Positions 42,478 to 58,149 of a DNA stretch of 64,000 nt are shown piece by piece. A program made the position numbers and the translations under genes. The first letter of the stretch is position 1. Every line of letters starts with the position of its first letter. This stretch comes from Octopus vulgaris (lineage: Eukaryota): contig OX597818.1 of NCBI GenBank assembly GCA_951406725.2, forward strand, positions 58,590,001-58,654,000. Reading direction: 5' to 3'. The notes below the pieces were generated by a model. The model saw only the letters and a list, made by a program, of their open reading frames with translations, searched no databases and was not told where the DNA came from.

Positions 42478-43340
42478 TACGACGGGCATCTTTCAGTTTC
42501 CGTCTACCGAATCCACCCACAAGGCATTGGTCGGCCCGAGACTACAGTAGAAGATACCTGCCAAAGGTGCCACGTAGTGGGACTGAACCTGGAACTATGT
42601 GGTTGGTAAGCAAGTTACTTACCACACAGCCACTCCTGCGCCTTTTGGAAGTTTGAAAATAAATCTATGTGACAAGCGTTTGTGAAGAACGTATAATATA
42701 CAGGGTTAAAATTAAACGAATGAAAGTAAATAAGACCTTTATATTTGCCAAATACAGGTTCATAATTATTACTTTATACGTTTGTTATCCAGACAAAAGT
42801 TCGCAGTCCTTCAAATCTCAATCTAAGCCACAAAAGTCAATATTCTACTGTACTTATTTCCATAACAGCCATAACGAAAACCTGAAGTTATAATATATAT
42901 CAAACTAATATATTGGCTTCTGATAGGCGCAGGAGTGGCTGTGTGGTAAGTAGCTTGCTAATCAACCACATGGTTCCGGGTTCAGTCCCACTGCGTGGCA
43001 TCTTCGGCAAGTGTCTTCTGCTATAGCCTCGGGCCGACCAATGCCTTGTGAGTGGATTTGGTAGACGGAAACTGAAAGAAGCCTGTCGTATAAATGCATA
43101 TATATATATATATAAGCGTGTGTGTATGTGTTTGTGTGTCTGTGTTTGTCCCCCTAGCATTGTTTGACAACAGATACTGGTGTGTTTACGTCCCCGTCAC
43201 GTAGCGGTTCGGCAAAAGAGACCGATAGAATAAGCACTGGGCTTACAAAGAATATGTCCCGGGGTCGATTTGCTCGACGAAAAGCGGTGCTCCAGCATGG
43301 CCGCAGTCAAATGACTGAAACAAGTAAAAGAGTAAAGAGT
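42211..43340. mobile_element. Two divergently oriented SINE B copies (42211-42642 minus; 42925-43340 plus)
   Basis: Both match the family B consensus; ~280-bp spacer. Confidence 0.88.
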
Positions 43341-44192
43341 ATATCATTAAATTTGCTAAAGTGGCCTTGTATGTATGTTTGTATGAATGTATGTATATGT
43401 ATGTGTGTGAGCATGCGTGTGTGCATGTGTGTATGTGTGTGCACATGTGCATGTACACACATACACACATGTAAATTATAATTGTCAGTTTGAAGATTTA
43501 ATTCTTTGACCAGGTAAAAACGAAATGTCCTTGAACAATGCCCGCAGTCAAATGACTAAAACAAGTAAAAGAGTAAAAGAGTAATATCAAACAAATTGTA
43601 AATATTTACCTGTTGGCAACATAGAAAATCTGTGTCGGTTTTGTTTTTCTGTGATATGTATGACTTTCTAACTTTGCACGTTGAGCAGTGTCTCCAGGTC
43701 TATAAACTTTGATATTTATATCCATGCCTCCATAACAAAATTCTTGGTTTTTATGGATATCGATTTTTCCAGATTTTGCAAAGTTAAGAAAGTCATTCCC
43801 TGCCTGCAGAAATAATTCAATATACTGTTACGAAATTTGAGGAAGTAACTAACGAGTAAATCAAATATTGTAACTCTGATGTTTACATTGTCAGTCCTGT
43901 AAGGGAGAATGTCAAAGATGATCTCAACCATTCCAAATGCCTTGAACCCAATCGATTTCTTACACAATCATATGGACATTAGCCAAGCCTTGTGTTTTTT
44001 GTTTTTTGTTTATAAAAGCTTGCATCCGCTATTTTCAAAGGTGGTATTTTATCACTTCCTTCTCTCCTTGTTGCGGAACACAGAGGAACGGTCGTTTGTA
44101 TTATGCATCGTCAAATTATTTTTTCATTCTCTTCAGATGCTCACATATGATTTCTACTTTTGACTGAAAATGATTATGTACAATACAATATT

Positions 44193-44787
44193 TATTTCTT
44201 GATTGCCCACAAGGGGCGAAACATAGAGAGGAAAAACAAGGACAGACAAAGGGATTAAGTCGATTATATTGACCCCAGTGCGCACCTGGTACTTATTTAA
44301 TCAACCCCGAAAGGATCAAAGGCAAAGTCGACCTCGGCGGAATTTGAATTCAAATCGTAAACACAGGCGAAATACCTATTTCTTTACTACACACAAGGGA
44401 CAAACAATGGCAGACAAACGGATTAAGTAGATTACATTGACCCCAGTGCGTAACTGGTACTTAATTTATCGACCCCCGGAAGGATGTAAGGCAAAGTCGA
44501 CCTCGGTGGAATTTGAACTCAGAACGTAACGGCAGACGAAGTACGGCTACGCATTTCGCCCGGCATGCTAATGTTTCTGTCAGCTAGCCGCTATCTTAAT
44601 TTTTTTTTTTTTTTTGGTGGGGGTGGTGGCTAGTCGATTAGATCTACACCAGTACGCAACTGGTACTTAATTTATCGACCCCGAAAGGATGAAATGCAAA
44701 GTCGACCTCGGCGGAATTTGAACTCAGGACGTAGCGACAGACGAAATACTGCTAAGTATTTCGCTCGGCGTGCCAGCTCGCCGCCTT
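44193..44787 (-). mobile_element. SINE A dimer plus a further copy
   Basis: Reverse-complement matches to the family A consensus. Confidence 0.88.
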
Positions 44788-47202
44788 ATGTAGAATACAA
44801 TATTATAAATTTTGTTTGCCGTACTCTGTAACATACACAACTTGTTATTTACATAATATATATTTACATGATATGTAGAATTGCGTTTAAGTATGAAGCT
44901 TGTGTATTTGAATAATTGCTTCTCCAAAATTTCTTATACGTTGCATCTGTGTTTCATGGATGTACTGCCACTACAATAGAAACAAACACCTATGATTACT
45001 ACTTCAAATGCTCGATATTGTAGCATATGAAATATTGCAAATGACTGTTTCAAAATGAAAAACGTATGCGCAGTTGCAAATATCGTTATATGAAATAATT
45101 GTTTTCTATTTTGCGTCATTTATGACATAGAAATTGCGTGCATATGCAGCATAATATACATAGTAATGAAAATTTAAAATATAAAAATAACATCGTAATG
45201 CAATCTAAACAAAATCATATCTCAGAGATATTTGATTGATATATTATAAAAAACAATGGCAACGTTATTTTAGAATTATTATCCAATTGCCCAAAATTAT
45301 CAACTTATAACGGTGTTTGAATTGAAATAAACAAAATGGGAGTATGAAAGAAAAAAAATACCTGGGCGTAGGGTATGACAAATCTATTAGAAATAATATC
45401 ACAGAAATCAGAGATAATTTTTTACAGAATACTAAATAGACCATCGTTAATATGAAAACGCTCAATTTAGGTTTGTCATATTGAAATCATTCGCATAAGA
45501 CGTGTAGTGTACTTCTCACACACAGAATATATTCATCGCAAATCTTATTAAACCTATTCTTCCAACATGGATTCTTCTCCATCGTTAACTAATAGTTAAA
45601 CAAATTCTCCGTAACGCATATTCTGCGCGATCGCATGGAATATGATACAACACAAAGGACGCTACACATGCGCAATGCATAGTTTAAACAATCTACAAAA
45701 ACGATAGGACACGTAATTCAGATGATTCCGAGTACTCATTCATCACCCGATAACATAACATTGCTAAATCAACAAACTTATGTGCAATACTGTTCTAATC
45801 AAATAAAATACCCAATACACGTGTAACATATTCCACACAACAAACAAAGGCAAAATAACACGAGAAGCATAAAAGCAAATACGCTTCATTTTAAACATCG
45901 TACAGTTTACTTCTCCTGTATTATGTATTTCTGGTTTATCACTAAAAACTGTGGTTCAACGGAATAGATAATGATCATATATTGGCAATTTTTGTAGTTC
46001 GATAGCGTACACTTCGATCACCCAACACGTATGCATGTGTTTAAAGAGATTTAGAATTGAGAAGATATTATTTGCAATGACTAATAAAATTACAATATCA
46101 CTCGGCATTGTAAAAAAGAAAAAGAAAAACCGTGGTTGGTTATCTTAAGACAATGCATATTGTGGGTAAATGCTACGACTCAAAATTCTTTAATATATCC
46201 ATGGAATTATGCTATCTCTCCGATGTTTGTGAATTGATACGATTCCGCTATGTGCTGTTCGATCTCTGAAGGGATTATAAATCTTTCAATTTCCAATGTA
46301 CGGATGACAACACAATGAAAGATTGATCTCTGCAATACATTGTAAGAATTATTTGTCATAACACAGCAGAAAGGAATTTATGAATAGGGAATTTGTCAGA
46401 TTTAGGTAAATCGAGTGTTTCTCCTCTTTCGTAATGCCACTGAATTCCACCAATATTAGATTAGACTATATATATATAGTATTCATGTCAGTATGTATGT
46501 AAATTAAATGCGCAACGCATCGATAGAGCTAATCCGGTGGTACTCATAAACAATCTTATGTAATGTCTCAGGCTAAAAAACACAGTAAGCCAACACAAAA
46601 TAAAAGGATATAATGTATAGTACGATGCAGTTAAAATCCAATACATCCAATCAATAATGATTATTTCATTAGAAATTTATAGAATGTAAAGAAATAGAAT
46701 TATTATAGGATGAGAAAAATTATTTCGCTAATCGACATCAATTAAATACAATTGTTTCGCAGCCTTTATAACATCAAAACATTTGATTTTAAGGCGTAAA
46801 TAATAAGTTGATTTACATATCTGTATTAATGCATATAATATAAATTTTACAATATACCTGTATAGTTTATAAATTACTATAGGTAAAAAGCTTGCTCATC
46901 AGGTTCTGTCATATCACAGTTGCTATGATATATATTTTAATGTTAAATATTCCGTCAGATCTACAACTACATACCTACCAAGCCTTCACAAAAATAAACG
47001 ATAAGGAGAAAGAAGAAAGGAAAATGTCCCACGTATATGAAGACTATGGAAAAATTCATTTAATTTTTCCACAGTTTAATAGTTTTTTATGCTTTGCTCT
47101 ACGATGAAAAAGTCACAAACACTGAAACCGGTTCTAAAATGTTCTTGCATCTACCTATTCGTATTTTCCTTACAAACACACACGTACAATTAAACACACA
47201 CA

Positions 47203-47267
<65 letters not shown>

Positions 47268-47970
47268 GTGTGTGTATCTTTGTGCCTGGGTTTGTCCTCC
47301 CAGCATCGTTCGAGAAACGATGTTCCGATGTTGCTGTGTTTATTTTCCTTAACTTAGCACTTCTTCAAAAGCAACCGATATCATATGTACTAACCTTACA
47401 AAGAATATCTCCTGGATTTGACTGAAGCAAGTGAAAGGATATATATGTATACGTATATACATATCTACAGATACACACACACACACACACACACACGCAA
47501 TTTTAATAGGAGGAGAAAGACTGAATAGGTTTCAGTACATAAGACATTACACGGACAAAAGCGCGAGTGTGTGTTTAAAAATGTCCTGAGATAAAATGTT
47601 AAGGAGAGGCCAAGTTTTTGAAAAATAGATTTCTTTATTTGATAATCACAGACAAAACACTTTGAAAAGAACAAATTCACTCAAAACGTTTCCTCCAGCA
47701 AGCTTTTCCCTCTTTTAATCCTATATGCTTATATAGGCTTATATACCTAAATACAGACATAAATTCATGCATACATACATACATACATACATACATACAT
47801 ACATACATACATACATACATACATACATACATACATACATACATACATACATACATAGAAATTCCATATATATATATAGTTACTCCAAACATGAAAACAC
47901 AAAGAGAAAACACAACAACGCGAGGACGTGGAACAAGTATAGTATTATTGAACGCTCAGGAAAGAAGGAG

Positions 47971-48005
47971 GTTTAATGTTTCGAGCGGAGCTCTTCGTCA
48001 GAAAC
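47971..48005 (-). ncRNA. Minimal hammerhead motif in a short PLE pLTR-like cassette (~47878-48075)
   Basis: Minus strand reads gttt-CTGACGA-a-gagc(tcc)gctc-GAAA-ca-TT-aaac. The cassette is flanked by (TA)n. Confidence 0.7.
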
Positions 48006-48075
48006 ATAGAAAAAGAAAAGATCCAAAGAGGGGAAGACGGATGACAAAAATGCCGCCAACGGTACACACGCGGTC

Positions 48076-48128
<53 letters not shown>

Positions 48129-48521
48129 TATATATACACGCGGTACTACGTGGGAACGTGCATTGCTAAAACTAGACGCCCAAAATATTTCTGTGCCACA
48201 GAATCGTCACAAATCTACTACAGGCTTCGTAGGAAAAAATTCCAGTGAACATTAAAAGCGCCTTATCTCTACTAGGTCAGCACAAATAAAACTGGTCCAC
48301 CTGGTACCATGGTTTCGGAATGAGCCCCAAATAGGGGCCTGTTTCTTCTTACCCAGAATCTGCCACCTAACTACTACTAAAATTTACCCGCAGAATGTCA
48401 GCAAAGTTCGTTTCAAATGTAAAAAAAAAACACAATTTAAACAAATCAAATACATGAAACTACTTATAAATAAGTATAAGAGAGACGGTATTATTAAAAT
48501 ACTATTACAACTACAGGCAAA

Positions 48522-48559
<38 letters not shown>

Positions 48560-48560
<1 letters not shown>

Positions 48561-48793
48561 AATGTAGGATAAAACTTTTTTCGAAAAAAATTATTTCCCA
48601 AAAAAATGTTATCAATGACCAGCATATTAAAAAGTACCTTTAAAGATTAAATTTATAAACAATTCATAGATAAGGGCAAACGAAAAATAGTAGCGTGCGT
48701 ATTGTGAAAAAATCATATGGTTAATGGACGATATGTCCAATTTTTCGGCATATTTGGCATTAGAAATTTTTCGTTTGCCCTTAACTATGAATT
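48560..48793. mobile_element. Related asymmetric fold-back element in (TA)n
   Basis: 48661-48688 is inverted at 48766-48793. The left part resembles 4689-4785 (ggataa, ccagcat, taaggg motifs). Confidence 0.6.
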
Positions 48794-48887
48794 ATATATA
48801 TATATATAGCACAGAAGCATTTTTTACTTCTATTTTTAGCGATGCAAGTACTCATTCTGTACACTCGTGTACACATGCATACACACA

Positions 48888-48977
<90 letters not shown>

Positions 48978-49399
48978 AGTATGTATGTATGTATGTATCT
49001 ACGCACTGATTTTGAAAAAAGTTGAAATAGAAAGACGTGGCTTATGTCGCTAAGATTAGTATGTTTGTTATAGTATTTGATTGGTAGAAGATAGTCACAT
49101 GACTATTCTTCAAAATTTTTCTAGGTTACCCGCTACGTCTGTGTGTTAGTATGAAGTGACGATGTTTGGCGTCGTAAATTAAGGCTGACACAGTTGATTG
49201 AACATGTCCAAACAATCAATGCGCTGAATGATTTCTGTCAAGTGTTTGTAGAAAATGACCATATGATTAAGTTTATAGCCTTTTTTATGTCTCCCGCTAG
49301 TCCGTGCGTTAGTGTCACGTGACAGTATATTTTGCGCCTCAACCTGCTTAGTTACAGTCAAGAAACTCCAAATTTTATCTGTCTGGTGGGAGAGTCGTT

Positions 49400-50160
49400 T
49401 GTATGTAGTCGAATGGATAAAATTAATGTTGTAATTTGAGTAGGTTCCACATGTTACGTGACAGAATGAGTTTTGCGTCTTCATAATTATTTCTGCATGT
49501 AGTCTGTTAAAATTTGTCTTAGTTTGTACTTTTGTATGCAAGCTTTTTCTTTGTTTATCCGTACCTCATCTTTGGTATTCGCTGAACATAGGTAGAGTGG
49601 GAAAATCTGAAGTTCTCAGGGCTTAATTTTGCACATATGTCTATGTGTCCACTCAGAGGAATCTGTTTAGCACTGGGGTCTCGTATTTGTTGTCGATGAA
49701 TGGTCGGTCTATTGCTTAGAGTAAGATTTGTTTGTCCTATATTGTCTTCATTACATCCTTGACATTTGATAGCGTGTATTAAATTCATTGAAGAACATAT
49801 AAAGCGATTTTTTACGGTAAAAATCTGTCTTGATATGAATTGTTATGTTGTGACTTCAATAAGATTAATGCAAGTCCCGCAATTCGGGTGACCACACTTT
49901 CCGATTGTCGGTGTAATTTAGCACTTGTGAGGAATTGTTTCAGTGGCATTGATTGTCTTTCCCTTTTTATTATGTTGTGTATTTCGAATACTTGTTTCCT
50001 TCTTGTGTTTTGCTTTACTAGAGGGGTGTTCGGATGGATAATACTGTAAACGTCTGTGTTTCTTTGTTGTTGTAATACAGGGTAGATTATTGAATGTATC
50101 TGGAGTGTTTGTCGCTCTTCGTAGTTTAACCATGTCTATTTGACAAAAAGTCCGGTGGGC
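49400..50160 (-). mobile_element. Neptune-type PLE 3' fragment (Cys linker plus GIY-YIG), degenerate
   Basis: Minus strand gives GKCGHPNCGTC (~49870-49903), then NLIHAIKCQGCNEDNIGQTNLTLSNRPTIHRQQI...PLSGHI. Frameshifted; ends approximate. Confidence 0.82.
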
Positions 50161-50409
50161 AATATACTGAAGACTGAACCAACATACTGAACACTCCAAC
50201 ATCTCATAGCATTTTGGAGTTAGGCAAACTTTGTGAGTAAATTAAAAACATTCCTGGCCGAATCTGGATCCACAATCCTGAAATTCTGGATTCCTATGAT
50301 CATCATTGGGATAAGACTCTGGAGGAAGCAATTGAAAAATATTCTCCAAAACAAGTGAGAGATCTATTTGAAGATCTCTCCATTCGGGGTCAATCGCTTA
50401 AAAGCTATA

Positions 50410-52592
50410 CATTATACAACGTAACAATAAAAAAAAATTGTTTATTTATTTTGTTTTTATTATTTATGAATCCATTCTTTTTGCTGACTCAAAAAATGAT
50501 ATTATTTTTTGTGTATCCTCAACAGTTAAAAGAATATGTCGATTTTCAATGTTATTATATATTCGGTATTGTTATAATGTTCCGCTACTAAATGTATGTC
50601 TAATTTTCTCTTTCAGATCCATTATTAAGTTCTGCTACTTTCAGAATGGCTACTAGAATATGTAAAAATTCTCTAGATACATTTTGCTATGTGTGTGGTT
50701 ATTACATTGGAAAGAGGCAGGTATTACATAAGACCGTGAAAGGTGCCAAATTGTGGATAGCGTACAGGCTATTTCAGAATGCCCATTGGTGACTAGGACA
50801 AACCATGGGCCCAACATGTGATATGTGGAAACTGTCGATCTACTCTAGAAGGATGGTTAAGTGGTACAGGAAGGTCAATGCCTTTTGCCATTCCAAGGGT
50901 ATGGAGAGAGCCAAAGAACCATCACGATGACTGTCACTTTTGTATGATCGATCTGACAAAGTACAGAAAAGTGGAAGGCAGACAAACTCTTCAGTATCCA
51001 AACATACCATCATCTAGAGCGCCTGTCCCACATGATAACAGTTTATGAGTACCACTACCACCAGAAAATATTTCATCTGAATGGTCAACAAGTAGCAACA
51101 GCCAAGAAATGGAAGAAGCTTTCGTACCAAGAGTGACTTTCCAAATCAGAGTAATTTAATCAGGGATGTGGGTCGTACTAAGTCAGGAGCTGAAATTCTT
51201 TCATCAAGGTTGAAGGAATGGAATCTACTGGGGGAAGACTGGAAGCCATCTCTGTACTGGAAACGCCATGAAAATTTTGAAATTTATATGAAAATATTAT
51301 TGATCTGTGTTATTGTAAAGATGTGATTGGTTTGCTTACTGCTATTGGACTCAGGCATGATTCTGTAGAATGGCAACTGTTCATAGATATCTCAACATGA
51401 AGTCTCAAAGCAGTGTTGCTCCACAATGGAAAAAAATATCCCTTTTTGCCTCTTGCACTCTCCAATGTCAAAGAACTTCTCGACAAAATAAATTTCGCTG
51501 AGTTCAAGTGGAATGTTTGTGGTGATTTCAAGATGCTTGCCTTCCTGCTTGGCTTCGAAGGGGGATACACAAAGTATTCATGTTTCCTTTGCTTATGGGA
51601 CAGCAGAGCTGATGATGATAATTACAAGAGAGTGCATTGGCCCCCACCAGTGGAACTGCAGCCGGGAATGTTAAATGCTCTCAAACAGCCTCTAGTAGAT
51701 TCCAACAAAATCTTATTACCCCCACTTCATATCAAACTCGGATCAGTAAAACAGTTTGCAAAGTCCTTATATTTTTGAGTAGAAGCTTTTCAACAAATTT
51801 GTCTTGTGTTTCTAAAGCTATCTGAGGCTAAAATCAATGGTGGCATATTTGTTGGGCTCGAAGTAAATGCAATGTAAAAGTCGAAGACACTGGAAAAAAC
51901 GTTGACAAACGTTGAAACGGAAGCTTGGTGTGCATTTCGTGATGTAGTTCGTGGATTCCTAGGAAATCACAAGGATCCTAATTACAAAGAGCTTGTAGCA
52001 AAGCTTATTGAAAACTTCAAGCAAATGTGTTCTCGTATGTCCTTAAAGGTTCATATTTTGCACTCTCACCTAGATTTTCCCCCGAAAGCTTGGGTGATGT
52101 CAGTGAGGAGCATGGTGAAAGATTTCATCAGGAGATCGCAACTATTGAAAGAGGATACCAAGGACGATGGGATACTGCTATGATGGCAGATTATATATGG
52201 CCTCTAGTCAGAAGAGATGAAGGTATACACTCCAGAAAAAATCTCGATCGTCAAAGCACTTCTCATCTTAAGGAAAGAGTAATCAAGGTATTTACAGAGC
52301 AGAGTTTTATTGTTTCTTTTTGTTCTAACTAATATTATACTTCCTAAATACCGTTCAATATATGAAACAATACTAAATGTTGTGTAATTATCCTTACAAT
52401 ACTAGAATATATTGAACCAACAAAGTGCTGTAAAGAAAAGTTACAAATTTAACGAGCAAATATGCAATTAGGAATAAATAACTATCGATGTTACGTCAAA
52501 TCGAATGTGATTTCTGAATTTAGTGGCAAAAAATGCATATATGAACATTATAAAAATACAAATAAACAAAACATGTGTCACATTGTGTAATC
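50410..52592 (+). mobile_element. Near full-length Chapaev3-type (CMC) DNA transposon, inactive
   Basis: Imperfect TIRs attatacaacgtaaca...ttgtttattt and aaataaacaa...tgtcacattgtgtaat enclose a transposase pseudogene. Confidence 0.8.
50646..52271 (+). pseudogene. Chapaev3-type transposase pseudogene
   Basis: Motifs across frames: MATRICKNSLDTFCYVCG, WREPKNHHDDCHFC, VCGDFKML, CFLCLWDSR, LLPPLHIKLG, MSLKVHILHSHLDF, EHGERFHQEI..RYQG-like, MADYIW. Several stops and frameshifts. Family assignment is from recalled motifs. Confidence 0.85.
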
Positions 52593-52624
52593 TTAAAAGA
52601 AGCCAAATAGGAGGGGCTTTTAAG

Positions 52625-52672
<48 letters not shown>

Positions 52673-52677
52673 GATAA

Positions 52678-52722
<45 letters not shown>

Positions 52723-52733
52723 TATATAGAAGG

Positions 52734-52784
52734 AGCTTCTACAGGACTAGTACTGTTTCATTCAAGAGAAATCTTCAGGAAGCT
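52734..52784 (-). ncRNA. Type I hammerhead ribozyme motif (mirror copy of 58016-58066)
   Basis: Exact reverse complement of 58016-58066. Confidence 0.8.
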
Positions 52785-53171
52785 ATTTAACAAGAATTGT
52801 ATTAGCATTTATACATTTAGGCAGGTTTAAAGGAGTGGTGGTGGGGGACTTTTGGGGGTAGGCATAGCGCAAAATATCATACTTGGGGGAGTGGTCAAGG
52901 AGTCAGTGGTAAGTTAGATGAAAGAATAGATAAATAAAAAAAATAAAAAAATAAAAAAATAAATAAAAAAAAAAAAAATAAATAAAAAAAAAATAAATAA
53001 AAAATATAAAAAATATATATAAAAAAATATATATATATAAAATATATATATAAAAAATATATATATAAAAAAAGGGGGGATAGAGTTATAGGTAAATAAG
53101 GAGATTCTCACTTATACCTATACACACATGTATACGTATCTACACACACATACATACATACACATATATAT

Positions 53172-53236
<65 letters not shown>

Positions 53237-54104
53237 CACACATACATACATATCTACATACACACATACATACACCCGCCCACATATACAAATTTATACA
53301 CATGCACATGCCTATACCTGTCTACACATACACACACGTATATATGCATACACTCACTCCCATGCATGCACGCATACACACATGTATATATATATATATA
53401 TATACCCACGACCACACATACATATATACACATAAAAATATATATTCATACGCACATACACTCATGCACACACAACACACCTAGTTCCCTATATACACAT
53501 ATTTACACCTATATATACATACACCCACATACACCTATGTACACATATATATATAAACATATACACGCATACATATATATACATGTGTGCACATACATAC
53601 ATACACACATATATACATACACATACACATACACATGTGTACCTATACATACCTACACATACACACATACATACATACAAATATACGTATACATATATAT
53701 ATATACAATCCAATACAGGCCCATTCCCTAATTTTAATTTTATTATCTTCATTTATTACTTTTGTTATCTTTGATCGCTAGAACTAAGAATCCTGGCAAT
53801 GGCTGCATGTCCATTTGTCTGTCTACTAGAAGGCAAGTACTCATTCCCGCACGCACACTCATTAGCACGTACATTCACCCATTCGTACACTCATACACAT
53901 ACACGTACGCACGCGTTATATTCATACATACAAACATCTACATACGTTCACGTATATACACATACGTACTCGTACCTACAGATTCGTGTCTACACTTTAG
54001 GAGGCTAGTCTATACATATACACCAATAAATATACATATATATATATATATACCCACATATACATACACACACACACATATATACTCCTACATACAGATA
54101 CATA

Positions 54105-54152
<48 letters not shown>

Positions 54153-54644
54153 CACACACATACACACATACACATACACACACACATACATACACATATA
54201 TATACATACACAAACATATATACACACATATATATATACATACACACATACACACATACATACGTATACGTACATACATACATCCATACATCCATACTTA
54301 CATGCATTTATACGCATACACACACCCATCTATATATATGTATATATATATATATATATATACACACTCACACATACATATACAAATCTACGCACACACA
54401 TACATACATACACGTATACGCATACACGCACATACACATATACATGCGTACCCATACACATGCACACACGCACGCGCATCCATATATATACACACACACA
54501 CATATATATACACGTGTGCAAGCATACATACATACTCATACGCGCACACATACTTACATATACATATATGCACACACTTACACACATATATATACATACA
54601 CATATACATGCATACATACATATATGCATACATACACACACGCA

Positions 54645-54704
<60 letters not shown>

Positions 54705-54755
54705 TACATATATATACATACATACATATACACATACATACACATACACATACAT

Positions 54756-54802
<47 letters not shown>

Positions 54803-55004
54803 ACATATATACACATATACATACATATACATACACACACACATACATATATACATATACACTGATACACATACCCATACATACACATGCATATACTTAT
54901 ATCACTACATACTCACATATATAAACATATATACATATACACACATACATATATACATGTACATACACATACGTATGCATATATATATATACATATATAT
55001 ACAC

Positions 55005-55041
<37 letters not shown>

Positions 55042-55297
55042 TACATATACACATATACATGTATACATACGCAAAAATGATACACATATATACACATACA
55101 CACACACAGACAGATGCATATACATACATATATATATATAAACTACATATCTATATAAATACATACATAATACACATATACACACACATATATATACATT
55201 CATGCATATACATATACAAGTATACATACACATACACACACACACGCGCACACATACACATACACACACACACACACAAATACATACATACACACAT

Positions 55298-55328
<31 letters not shown>

Positions 55329-55459
55329 CATACATGTACACATATACATATGCATATATATATCAACAAGGGAGGGTAAAGTTAATTAGTTATTAATCAG
55401 TTATTAACTAATTAACTTTACCCTCCCTTGTTATGTATATATATATATATGTATATGTG

Positions 55460-55492
<33 letters not shown>

Positions 55493-55749
55493 ATGTATGT
55501 ATTTGTATATGTGTGTGTGTATATGTATGTGTGCACGTGTGTGTGTATGTATGTGTATGTATACTTGTATATGTATATGCATGATGTATATATATGTGTG
55601 TGTATATGTGTATTATGTATGTATTTATATAGATATGTAGTTTATATTTATATATATATATGTATGTATATGCATCTGTCTGTGTGTGTGTATGTGTATA
55701 TATGTGTATCATTTTTGCGTATGTATACATGTATATGTGTATATGTATA

Positions 55750-55784
<35 letters not shown>

Positions 55785-55989
55785 GTGTATATATATGTAT
55801 ATATATATATATGCATACGTATGTGTATGTACATGTATATATGTATGTGTGTATATGTATATATGTTTATATATGTGAGTATGTAGTGATATAAGTATAT
55901 GCATGTGTATGTATGGGTATGTGTATCAGTGTATATGTATATATGTATGTGTGTGTGTATGTATATGTATGTATATGTGTATATATGTA

Positions 55990-56030
<41 letters not shown>

Positions 56031-56091
56031 GTATATGTGTGTATGTATGTGTATGTGTATGTATGTGTATATATATCTATATATGTATATA

Positions 56092-56141
<50 letters not shown>

Positions 56142-56642
56142 TGCGTGTGTGTATGTATGCATATATGTATGTATGCATGTATATGTGTATGTATATATAT
56201 GTGTGTAAGTGTGTGCATATATGTACTTGTAAGTATGTGTGCGCGTATGAGTATGTATGTATGCTTGCACACGTGTATATATATGTGTGTGTGTGTATAT
56301 ATATGGATGCGCGTGCGTGTGTGCACGTGTATGGGTACGCATGTATATGTGTATGTGCGTGTATGCGTATACGTGTATGTATGTATGTGTGTGCGTAGAT
56401 TTGTATATGTATGTGTGAGTGTGTATATATATATATATATATATACATATATATAGATGGGTGTGTGTATGCGTATAAATGCATGTAAGTATGGATGTAT
56501 GTATGTATGTATGTACGTATACGTATGTATGTGTGTATGTGTGTATGTATATATATATGTGTGTATATATGTTTGTGTATGTATATATATGTGTATGTAT
56601 GTGTGTGTATATGTATGTGTGTGTGTGTATGTGTGTGTGTAT

Positions 56643-56695
<53 letters not shown>

Positions 56696-57567
56696 TATGT
56701 ATCTGTATGTAGGAGTATATATGTGTGTGTGTGTATGTATATGTGGGTATATATATATATATATGTATATTTATTGGTGTATATGTATAGACTAGCCTCC
56801 TAAAGTGTAGACACGAATCTGTAGGTACGAGTACGTATGTGTATATACGTGAACGTATGTAGATGTTTGTATGTATGAATATAACGCGTGCGTACGTGTA
56901 TGTGTATGAGTGTACGAATGGGTGAATGTACGTGCTAATGAGTGTGCGTGCGGGAATGAGTACTTGCCTTCTAGTAGACAGACAAATGGACATGCAGCCA
57001 TTGCCAGGATTCTTAGTTCTAGCGATCAAAGATAACAAAAGTAATAAATGAAGATAATAAAATTAAAATTAGGGAATGGGCCTGTATTGGATTGTATATA
57101 TATATATGTATACGTATATTTGTATGTATGTATGTGTGTATGTGTAGGTATGTATAGGTACACATGTGTATGTGTATGTGTATGTATATATGTGTGTATG
57201 TATGTATGTGCACACATGTATATATATGTATGCGTGTATATGTTTATATATATATGTGTACATAGGTGTATGTGGGTGTATGTATATATAGGTGTAAATA
57301 TGTGTATATAGGGAACTAGGTGTGTTGTGTGTGCATGAGTGTATGTGCGTATGAATATATATTTTTATGTGTATATATGTATGTGTGGTCGTGGGTATAT
57401 ATATATATATATATACATGTGTGTATGCGTGCATGCATGGGAGTGAGTGTATGCATATATACGTGTGTGTATGTGTAGACAGGTATAGGCATGTGCATGT
57501 GTATAAATTTGTATATGTGGGCGGGTGTATGTATGTGTGTATGTAGATATGTATGTATGTGTGTATA

Positions 57568-57622
<55 letters not shown>

Positions 57623-58015
57623 ATATATATGTGTATGTATGTATGTGTGTGTAGATACGTATACATGTGTGTATAGGTATAAGTGAGAATCTCCTTATTT
57701 ACCTATAACTCTATCCCCTCATTTTTTTATATATATATTTTTATATATATATTTTATATATATTTTTTTTTATATATATTTTTTATATTTTTTATTTTTT
57801 TATTTTTTTATTTTATTTTTTTTATTTTTTTATTTTTTATTTTTTAATTTTTTTTTTTTTTTTATTTATCTATTCTTTCATCTAACTTACCACTGACTCC
57901 TTGACCACTCCCCCAAGTATGATATTTTGCGCTATGCCTACCCCCAAAAAGTCCCCCACCACCACTCCTTTAAACCTGCCTAAATGTATAAATGCTAATA
58001 CAATTCTTGTTAAAT

Positions 58016-58066
58016 AGCTTCCTGAAGATTTCTCTTGAATGAAACAGTACTAGTCCTGTAGAAGCT
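58016..58066 (+). ncRNA. Type I hammerhead ribozyme motif
   Basis: agcttc-CTGAAGA-t.ttc(tctt)gaa.t-GAAA-cag(tactagtc)ctg-TA-gaagct: 6-bp stem I, full core, near-palindromic stem III, predicted cleavage after A58060. The closing pair of stem II is a U.U mismatch. Confidence 0.8.
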
Positions 58067-58149
58067 CCTTCTTTATAATAAATTAATTTTACTCTGCTAT
58101 GTATTGAGTACCTTACTTACTGTGGTTAACCCCGAATCAACCCGGGACC

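Noticed and set aside
43716-44140. Possible old hAT-like transposase remnant
   Set aside because: No diagnostic motif recognised.
53128-57676. Long His/Thr/Tyr/Ile-rich ORFs (up to 370 aa) on both strands
   Set aside because: Stop-free translation of CA/TA repeats; repeat-length differences between the arms shift frames freely.
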